Of a stretch of DNA of 64,000 nt, positions 54,884 to 64,000 are shown one piece after another; positions within the stretch are counted from its first letter, which is position 1; each line of letters begins with the position of its first letter. The notes under the pieces were generated by a model. The model had not been told where the DNA came from. It saw only the letters and a program-made list of their open reading frames with translations, and searched no databases. Both the position numbers and the translations under genes were made by a program. Origin of the DNA: an uncultured delta proteobacterium (GTDB lineage: Bacteria > Desulfobacterota > Binatia > UBA9968); NCBI GenBank assembly GCA_963847445.1, contig CAWJZV010000025.1, positions 32,001 to 96,000 on the forward strand, given 5' to 3'.

Positions 54884-54947
54884 CCGGGATGCGAAATTTC
54901 GTGTTGCAACCGGGATCTAGGCCGCGCCCTAACGGGAGGTGGTTTTC

Positions 54948-55406
54948 ATGGCTTACGAGAATGGACGGAGTATGGACGAGCGCGTGACTTCACTGTTTCA
55001 GCCGGACACGCTGCTGCCGGATCAATATCTCGATACCTTCCGGCGCAAGCTGCACTTGGAGCCGGAGAAAAAGCTCATGCTGGCGATTCTGGAGGATGCC
55101 GTCGCCTGTTTTCAAAAATATTTGTTCGCCCGCGACAGCAAGGGCAAGGCGCAGTTTCGCGACACCGAGGATTGGGTTTTTCAGCGCGACGATTCTGGAG
55201 TCTTCTCCTTCAGTATCGTCTGCGAGACCTTGGGGCTCGATCCTAACTACCTGCGCCGCGGCTTGGCGCAATGGCAACAGCAGCGCGTCGCCCAGCAGAC
55301 CCAGGGGCAAGTGATTCAACTACGGCCGCCGCGCGATAAACCGCGCCGTGGCATGGCGATTTCCGGCCGGCCTAAACCCCGGCTGCGCCGGGCCGCAGGC
55401 CGCTAA
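54948..55406 (+). CDS. Hypothetical protein
   Basis: GGGAGG RBS; PEKKLMLAILEDA...FSF..VCE.LG.DP.YLR pattern; start at GTG 54939 or ATG 54948. Confidence 0.65.
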   Translation: MAYENGRSMDERVTSLFQPDTLLPDQYLDTFRRKLHLEPEKKLMLAILEDAVACFQKYLFARDSKGKAQFRDTEDWVFQRDDSGVFSFSIVCETLGLDPNYLRRGLAQWQQQRVAQQTQGQVIQLRPPRDKPRRGMAISGRPKPRLRRAAGR

Positions 55407-55517
55407 TCGATCATTCGATTTACCTCAGCACCGGCGGCAATGGGATTAGCCCGATGCCGCCGGTTTCGCATTAGCGCGAGCTTGAAAAGCCGCACCAAAC
55501 GAATTCATAGATTATTC

Positions 55518-56549
55518 ATGGCTAGGTTAAAGCAGCGGCGCTCGCCGCTCGGACAGTTTCTTTACGACTTGCGCTACCGTGTCGGCGAATATTGGTTGCG
55601 CGGATTCGTCGCTGGTATGACTTACATTCCCTTTCGAGTCGTCGAGCGGTTTACCACGCTGCTGGCTTGGCTCTCCTTCACGCTGATGTCGCAGTACCGC
55701 CGTCGCATGGAAGAAAACATCGCCTTGACCTTGGGCAAGGAATTTCCTAGCGAGGCGGAACGTAAGGATTTGGTTTGGCGCGCTTGGAAAAGCTTTGCCC
55801 GCGGTGTGCTCGATACTACGGCGGTCATGCATCATTCGAAAGCGCGGATCGTCGGCAGCATTCGACTCGACGGCGAAGAGCATCTGCAAAGCGCTTTGGC
55901 CAAAGGCAAAGGCGTCCTCGCCCTGAGCGCGCATCTCGGCAGTTTCACCATGATCGGCCCGCGTCTGGCGGCGGCGGGCTATCCCTTCAGCGTGGTGGTG
56001 AAACATCCGGCCGATGAACGGTTTGCCCGGCTCACCGACGACTACCGGTCGCAAGTCGGCATTCAGACGATTCCTGCCAAACCACGGCGTCAAGCGGTAC
56101 GCGGCATGCTCAAGGCGTTGCGCGAAAATCGCATTGTGCTGGTGATCGCCGATGAGTTCAAGTCGGGCGACGTGATGGTGGAATTTTTTGGCATGCAACT
56201 GCCGGCGCCGCGCGGCCCGGCGACGCTGGCTCTGCGCACCGGCGCCGTCACCTTGCCGATGTTCGCTACCCGCGAGGGCGACGATTCTTTGCTATTGTCG
56301 GTGGGCGCTGCCATCGCCGCGGTGGAGCGTGAAGATCTCGAAGCGAGTGTGGTGGCGACCACGGCGGTCTACACAAGGTACCTCGAAGCGGCGATTCGCC
56401 GCTATCCCGATCAGTGGAATTGGCTCGGCTTACCCAATCGCAATGGTAAATTATCGCGTGCCGAACTGGCGCTGCGCAGGAAAGAAGCGAATAAAAATGC
56501 CGATATCGGCAACGCCTCCGAAACGAAAAAAACCGGCACCGGCGTTTAA
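55518..56549 (+). CDS. Lipid A/lysophospholipid acyltransferase (LpxL/HtrB family)
   Basis: GKGVLALSAHLGSF, VEFFG, YPDQWNW. Confidence 0.85.
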   Translation: MARLKQRRSPLGQFLYDLRYRVGEYWLRGFVAGMTYIPFRVVERFTTLLAWLSFTLMSQYRRRMEENIALTLGKEFPSEAERKDLVWRAWKSFARGVLDTTAVMHHSKARIVGSIRLDGEEHLQSALAKGKGVLALSAHLGSFTMIGPRLAAAGYPFSVVVKHPADERFARLTDDYRSQVGIQTIPAKPRRQAVRGMLKALRENRIVLVIADEFKSGDVMVEFFGMQLPAPRGPATLALRTGAVTLPMFATREGDDSLLLSVGAAIAAVEREDLEASVVATTAVYTRYLEAAIRRYPDQWNWLGLPNRNGKLSRAELALRRKEANKNADIGNASETKKTGTGV

Positions 56550-56574
56550 CCGGAAGGTCGCGATTGGCATTGGC

Positions 56575-56756
56575 GCCGCGCGCGAGGCGCAATCTTTCCA
56601 TCGTGAAGACACTGGATTGCCGCCCTGAGCAAGTAACGATCACTACTGTGTTGCGGTTTACCCGCGAGCAAAGCAACGGTGTGGCCTACTCTCAGAATGA
56701 CTTTGCAACCGGATGCTTGGGTGTCTTCATAACTCCAGGGTCGTGCCTCGCGCGGC
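56575..56756 (+). ncRNA. Candidate ~180-nt rod-like structured RNA
   Basis: Nested helices CGCGAGGCGC/GTGCCTCGCG, TGAAGACAC/GTGTCTTCA, CTGGaTTGC/GCAACCGG, CTGAG/CTCAG, GTTGC/GCAAC; G-U pairs favour the + strand. Confidence 0.45.
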
Positions 56757-56794
56757 CGGCGCGCAGCGCACCCGGTGGCATTCTAACCCGCCGT

Positions 56795-57397
56795 TTATAA
56801 TTTTGAGTCGAATCCCGGATTCAGAATGCCTTTGTTCTCGGTGGCTTCCAAGTAGCGCATGAAGCGGTATTTGTTCTCGATCTCGTCGAGTTTTAGCGGC
56901 GGTAGATCTTTGGGCTGGCCGGCGTCGACTTTCACGGCGATCAAGGTCAGCTCGTTGCGCTCCCAGGCGCGCAGGAATTCACCGCGAAACGCTTCCAGTG
57001 AGTCGACCCACATGGCGTGTGGGTAACCCGCTCCTTTGGCGATGGCCACCGCATCGGTGCTGCGCGACGCGGTAGCGGTGCCGCCGGACGCTTCATAGAT
57101 TTCGTTGTCGAAAAGCAGATGAACGAGATTTCCCGGGCTCTGTTGGGCGATGGTTGGCAGGCCGCATAGGTTCATCAGAAAGGCGCCGTCGCCATCGATG
57201 GCAATCACTTTGCGATGCGGTAAAGCGATGGCTAAACCTGCGGCGATGGAGGAAACCAAGCCGAGGGTGCGGGTCTTGAGATTGCCGTCGCTGGGGCGCA
57301 CGGCCCACCATTCGCGCGAGCCCCAACCGGTGGATACCACCAGGGCGTCCTGCGACGTCGCACCGATCGCTTTCAGATAGTCATAACGTTGCATCAT
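56795..57397 (-). CDS. Sulfopyruvate/phosphonopyruvate decarboxylase beta subunit (ComE-like)
   Basis: TPP motif DGDGAFLMN...DN. Confidence 0.8.
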   Translation of the reverse strand: MMQRYDYLKAIGATSQDALVVSTGWGSREWWAVRPSDGNLKTRTLGLVSSIAAGLAIALPHRKVIAIDGDGAFLMNLCGLPTIAQQSPGNLVHLLFDNEIYEASGGTATASRSTDAVAIAKGAGYPHAMWVDSLEAFRGEFLRAWERNELTLIAVKVDAGQPKDLPPLKLDEIENKYRFMRYLEATENKGILNPGFDSKL

Positions 57398-57906
57398 TTT
57401 ACTCCCAGGACGCTCTTGGTCAGTAGCACCGCCACCGGTTTTTTCGAATCGTCAGCGAGAATCTGCGCGCCGGCCAGGACCTCATCGATGTCTTCTGGCT
57501 TGCGCAACACGTAGCTGCGGAACCCCATCGCCTGCAAGACCGGTTCGGTGACCGCGCCGAGGGTGGTAAAGCCGCGGTCGCCGATATCGCCGGCGTAGTA
57601 GATCAGCATCAAGATCGGGATCTGCAACTGCAACGACGTGGTGGTCAGAGCGTTGCAGCTATTCAAAAAGCCAGCGTTCTGCATGATGATCGCGGTCTTC
57701 TTGCCGGCTAGATAGGCGCCGGCGCAAATGCCGATGCCTTCTTCCTCGCGGCACAGCGGTACGTGCTTTAGCTGTCGGTCGCGTTCGACGGCACGGATCA
57801 CTTCGAGCATTTTCTCGTCCGGCAGGGTGGCGACAAAGTCGATGCCGGCCTTTTTCAAGCCGGCGACGATGGCCGCGCCGGCAGCCGAGGGATCGTTGGT
57901 TGCCAT
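57394..57906 (-). CDS. Sulfopyruvate decarboxylase alpha subunit (ComD-like)
   Basis: REEEGIGICAGAYLAG, MQNAG..N; adjacent to the beta subunit. Confidence 0.82.
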   Translation of the reverse strand: MATNDPSAAGAAIVAGLKKAGIDFVATLPDEKMLEVIRAVERDRQLKHVPLCREEEGIGICAGAYLAGKKTAIIMQNAGFLNSCNALTTTSLQLQIPILMLIYYAGDIGDRGFTTLGAVTEPVLQAMGFRSYVLRKPEDIDEVLAGAQILADDSKKPVAVLLTKSVLGVK

Positions 57907-58053
57907 ATTGTTCCTAGGGTTGAGAGATTCGCATGATTTGCTTTTCCGTTTCGACTATCGCTACTGTGAATTCCATGATGATGTCAAGGCAGCGACCGGG
58001 GACAATACTCTTGACAGCAGAACGACAAAGTTTGTAGGGATGGGTTACCAACC

Positions 58054-58440
58054 ATGACGGAAAAAGAAGTCAAAGTCAGCAAACAGCATGTCTGGGTCGG
58101 CGTCGAAGACCGGCATGTCCATCTCGGACTCACCAACTATATTCAGGGTGCGCTCGGTTCGGTGCTTTCGGTGGAGCTACCAGATGTCGGCGACAGCATC
58201 GAAGAGGGCGAGATCTTTGCCGAGATCGAGTCAGCCTCGACGGTGCATGAGTTGATCTCGCCGGTCACCGGCACAGTGATGGCGGTCAATTCGACGTTAG
58301 AGGACAATCCCGCGGTCATCAACGAAGATCCCTATAGCGAAGGCTGGCTCATCGAAGTGCGCTTAAAGAATGAGCAGGAACTCGACTCTCTTATGGACAT
58401 GGATGAATATTACCATTTCGTCTTCAAAGATAAGTCCTAG
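58054..58440 (+). CDS. gcvH: Glycine cleavage H-like protein lacking the lipoyl lysine
   Basis: H.WV, GLT.Y.Q..LG, SPVTG.V..VN, NEDPYSEGWL; IESASTV replaces VESVKA. Confidence 0.8.
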   Translation: MTEKEVKVSKQHVWVGVEDRHVHLGLTNYIQGALGSVLSVELPDVGDSIEEGEIFAEIESASTVHELISPVTGTVMAVNSTLEDNPAVINEDPYSEGWLIEVRLKNEQELDSLMDMDEYYHFVFKDKS

Positions 58441-58595
58441 ATTCGAATGATCTCGGCTTTATCCCCATGCATGTTACTTGTAGAGCCGCCGCTGATTGAA
58501 AAAGCCGGCGGATTGTTATGACGCGCGGTGATGCGGCGCAAACTCAGAGTTGGTGCGAAAGCGCCCGTTTCGCAGCAATGAGTCGATCCAAGCAC

Positions 58596-60317
<1,722 letters not shown>

Positions 60318-60322
60318 AAGAG

Positions 60323-61017
60323 CTGGGCACCGCAGTTCCGGCGAGCGGCAAAGCACGGCCGCGCGGGCCAGAGCCCGCGCAAGAAAAAACCGAGCGCGCT
60401 ACTGCCATCGCTGCCGGCCTAGCGAGTCTCTACCGTGAGGTCGAGTGCCCGCTCACTCACCGTAACAATTTCGAGCTGCTGGTGGCGGTGATTCTGTCCG
60501 CCCAGTGTACGGATGCCGCGGTGAACAAAGTCACGCCGAGCTTATTCGCACGCTATCCCGACCCCTTCGCGCTCTCGCAAGCTTCTTTAGCCGATATCGA
60601 GGCTGGTATTCGCACCCTCGGATTGTTTCGCGCCAAAGCCAAATCGCTCAAGCGTTGCGCCGAACAGTTGGTCTTAGATCACAACGGCGAAGTGCCGTCA
60701 TCGATGGAAGATCTCACCAAGCTTGCGGGTGTCGGCAGAAAAACCGCCAATGTAATTCGCGGCCACGCCTTCGGCGAGCCGGGCATCGCCGTCGACACCC
60801 ACTGCCGCCGCTTGGCGCGCCGGTTGGGGCTAACCCGGCAGCAAATCCAGCGAAGATCGAAACCGACCTGGCGCGTCTCCTGCCACCCGCGGAATGGACT
60901 AATTTCTCGCATCGGCTGATTATTCATGGACGGCGCGTATGTTTTGCCCGCAAGCCGGCCTGTCCACGTTGTCTGTTGAGCCGCTTCTGCCCGTCGGCGA
61001 ATTGTCAACCTAGCTGA
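60323..61017 (+). CDS. nth: Second endonuclease III (frameshift near 60845; start uncertain)
   Basis: FELLVAVILSAQCTD..VN, GVGRKTANV, VDTH, HGRRVC.ARKP.C..C.....C. Confidence 0.82.
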
Positions 61018-61091
61018 ACCCCCTGGTCGATTGACAACTTAACTCGAATTCCGCAGTGGCCCATCAGCCGCCGCTCCGCCAGCGCGATCGG

Positions 61092-61953
61092 CTAGAACTC
61101 GAAGGCTACCTCCAGCTTTGAATCCGGCGACGCAAGATGGACGCAAACCACTTCTCTGGTCTGAAGCGGGTATGGTTTACTGGTAGTCTCGTAGACTTCC
61201 GGTGGCAGCATGGTGAGTTCGACACCGTCTTCAGAAAGCTTGGCGCAGGCATTGCCGTTGGCGATGTTGACGAATTCCTTAGACGCGTCCAAAGCCAGTT
61301 CATCGGCGGTGCTGATGGTGTCGTCCAGCATCGTCGAGGCCATCTGCAACAGCAGCTTGGGCGGTACCGACAACAGACAGTTGAATTCGACGTTGTCGCC
61401 GGCGATCTTTTGCGCGATCACCCAGCGGAAAAGCCGCAACTTTCTCTTTACCGCTTTCACAGCGTTCGATGATGATGTCCTGCTTGCCGAAACGAGTGAA
61501 CATCATCAGCATCAAGTCGGTAAAAGTCTTGACGATGTCTTTGTGCGCAAGCGCGCCGAACGCGTCGCTGACTTCCGAGGAGAATTTCTCAGTTTCCTTG
61601 TTGTATTCCTTGAGCTCGCGTTCGAGAGCCTCCATCGTCAGAAACCCTCTGATCACCAGCGCTTCGCCCAATCGCACTCGGTGACTGGTCTCTTGGACTT
61701 GCAAGAAGGTCGTCGACCTGTGCCTGCGTTAAATGGCCCAATGCAAGCGCCAATTCGCCAAAGCGCAAAGTCTTGCGTTTTTGTTGCGTCATAATTTCGT
61801 TGATCTGCACCGCCGTAAGCCAGCCCCGTTCCATGGCTATGGTGCCGATCGGCAGCGGAGATCGATTTTTGAAACTCCAGAGCAGTGAGCAACTGCTGCG
61901 AAGTAATTCGGCCCTCTCTCGAGCAAATACTGTCCAAAAAATCTCGTGCTCAT
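61092..61953 (-). CDS. CheX-like phosphatase with N-terminal MshEN-like repeats (several frameshifts)
   Basis: Four R.G..L...G.LT....L...Q-like repeats across frames; C-terminal EFVNIANG. Confidence 0.65.
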
Positions 61954-62334
61954 AGTTCCACCCCGGCTTCCTGGCAGACATTTTTGAGGTGCGCCAACAT
62001 GTTCTCCTTCTGCAGCGGTTTTTGCAGGAAGCTCTTGGCGCCTTTCTTGAGACATTCCTGGACCGTCGCCTCGGTGCCGATGGAACTCACCATCACCACG
62101 CAGGCGCCAGTGTCGAAAGTGAGCAAACGCTCGAGGGTGTCGACGCCGGTCACTTCCGGCATGACGACATCGAGCAGCACTAGTTGCGGTTTGAGCTCCT
62201 TAAATTTCTCCACGGCCTCGGGGCCACTACTGGCGGTGGCGACGACTTCGAAATTACTGCCGCTTAACTGTGCCGACGAGCATGGCGAGCATCGTTTTGG
62301 AGTCGTCGACCGCGAGAACCTTTACTTTATTCAT
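61950..62334 (-). CDS. CheY-like response regulator (frameshift near 62270)
   Basis: VLAVDDS, LLDVVMP, VSS, QKP. Confidence 0.8.
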
Positions 62335-62436
62335 GATTTTATTCTCCTTCCTAAATTGCCTTGGATTTGACTTGGGCGACTTTGTTAATATCTATGCCAA
62401 TGATTCTTGTTCATCTTTCGCACCGGCACCCTGCGC

Positions 62437-63542
<1,106 letters not shown>

Positions 63543-63546
<4 letters not shown>

Positions 63547-64000
63547 TGGGCTGGTTCCACTCCATGGCTTTTGGGCTCTAGGGCCGGTTGCCGTTGACTG
63601 CAGTTGGTGTAAATCGTCGGTAACACATAGCGAACCCGGTCGGTGACGCTATGCAAACTTTCGGCATGACCGACGAACAGATAACCATTTGGCGCGAGGT
63701 GGTCGATCAGCCGCGCGATCGTTCCAGCGCGAGACTCGGAGTCAAAATAGATCAGGACATTGCGGCAAAAGATCAGGTCGAAATTGCCCTCGACCGGGTA
63801 ACGCTGCTCGTTTAAGTTGAGCCGCTCGAAGCGAATCACCGAGCGTAGCTCAGCGCCGGCTTTCATTTTGCCATTCTGTTCGCCGGTTCCCTCGAGCATG
63901 TATTTCTTAAGATACTCATTGGGGAATCTCGCCGGCCTTGGCGATCGGCCAGACCGCTGCCGCGGCAGCGGCGAGTACGCGGGTCGATAGATCTGTCGCC
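63543..64000 (-). CDS. cheR: Chemotaxis methyltransferase CheR, 3' part
   Basis: FDLIFCRNVLIYF, GYLFVGHAES; runs off the window edge. Confidence 0.9.

Overview
GC-rich bacterial chromosomal segment. The gene content (many amidohydrolases, MFS and solute-binding proteins, an LLM oxidoreductase, a Mo-bisPGD enzyme) suggests a Deltaproteobacteria/Binatia-like soil organism, which is inference only. The left half holds small-molecule catabolic genes (class II aldolase, amidohydrolase, enamidase-like enzyme, Mer-like LLM), a signalling island with candidate sigma54 promoters (response regulator, two paralogous hybrid kinases, a decayed receiver copy), gloA, nth, a radical SAM gene, an Mla/MCE operon and a flavoprotein plus molybdoenzyme pair. 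The right half holds a garbled secreted-protein gene, a TIR-TM-Ig-Ig-TPR protein, mfd-MFS-surA-pdxA-PMM-uvrA, a hybrid iscS-iscA-sufB-nifS-Rrf2 cluster, comDE-like genes, a GcvH lacking its lipoyl Lys, ftsB, eno, a second nth and the end of a che operon. Indels become frequent from about 31.7 kb onward and hit housekeeping genes, so they are most likely long-read errors. No rRNA, tRNA, CRISPR array or transposase was seen. Best leads: the TIR/Ig membrane receptor, a set of intergenic micro-repeat palindromes, a ~180-nt structured RNA candidate, the enamidase-LLM pair, an MshEN-CheX fusion, the lysine-less GcvH and a UvrA lacking its insertion domain. All family calls come from motif recognition; no searches were run.
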